A stretch of 24,000 bases of DNA from Alphaproteobacteria bacterium. Its GTDB lineage: Bacteria > Pseudomonadota > Alphaproteobacteria > CACIAM-22H2. The notes beneath the pieces were generated by a model that was not told where the DNA came from, searched no databases, and was given only the letters and a program-made list of their open reading frames with translations. The translations under genes were made by a program, and so were the position numbers. The number at the start of each line of letters is the position of its first letter. The stretch's first letter is position 1. This document shows, in pieces, positions 23,843-24,000 of this stretch. The stretch covers positions 66,269-90,268 of the forward strand of contig JAEULA010000054.1 in NCBI GenBank assembly GCA_016793165.1, given 5' to 3'.

Positions 23843-24000
23843 CTAGCGCTGGGCGGTGCCGGTGGAAATTTCCGCCAGTGCCGCGGCAAATGGCGCAAGC
23901 TCCGCAGCCGCCCGCGGGTCCGCGCCGCGCCAGACGAGATACGCCGTGACATTGGCGAGCGCGTCGGCGACGGAACCGACCGCGCGCATGCGCGCGCCGG
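23843..24000 (-). CDS. C-terminal fragment of an unidentified protein (possibly a LysR-type regulator C-terminus); 5' part outside window
   Basis: The minus-strand frame is open to the window edge and reads ...MRAVGSVADALANVTAYLVWRGADPRAAAELAPFAAALAEISTGTAQR*, with the stop at the complement of 23843-23845. GC3 is high. The family assignment is weak. Confidence 0.3.
   Translation of the reverse strand, partial: GARMRAVGSVADALANVTAYLVWRGADPRAAAELAPFAAALAEISTGTAQR

Noticed and set aside
1-24000. Mobile elements, integrases, CRISPR arrays, tRNA/rRNA genes, toxin-antitoxin or restriction-modification genes
   Set aside because: None were seen. There are no transposase- or integrase-like ORFs, no regularly spaced direct repeats apart from the in-gene 42-bp coiled-coil repeats, and no tRNA-like T-arm sequences. 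The window looks like core chromosome.

Overview
This is a high-GC (roughly 70%) chromosomal segment with a clear alphaproteobacterial signature. It carries DUF1013/TrcR, DUF1465/RcdA, DUF1192 and DUF465 genes and a ROSE-like hsp20 leader, so it is probably Hyphomicrobiales-like. Most of the window is core housekeeping: class I FBP aldolase, a ThiE-like protein, EF-P, SuhB, a CyaY/frataxin plus ABCB-type exporter pair, L31, Hsp20, MetY, BdhA, Qor, and two divergent acyl-CoA ligases. I saw no mobile elements, CRISPR arrays, tRNA or rRNA genes. Many very long ORFs in the six-frame track are high-GC shadow ORFs and were rejected. The most unusual content is a co-oriented three-gene envelope module at 3739-7899. 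It consists of a secreted Pro/Ala-rich OmpA-domain protein, a MotA/ExbB/TolQ-type channel protein with a long helical C-terminal tail, and a MotB-like protein. The MotB-like protein keeps the conserved Asp at its TM anchor and has an OmpA-like C-terminus, with about 390 aa of coiled coil between them that includes six tandem 14-aa (42-bp) repeats. No flagellar, Tol-Pal, TonB-receptor or Zorya partner genes are present, so I treat it as a candidate uncharacterised ion-driven stator-like system. Secondary leads are: a perfect CtrA-type box (TTAA-N7-TTAAC) ahead of a terminator-bounded candidate sRNA with C-rich loops in the bdhA-metY spacer; a terminator-containing leader that metY transcription must read through; and paired GGAAATTTCC palindromes upstream of the DUF465 gene. 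All functional calls rest on motif recognition by eye, and no database search was possible.
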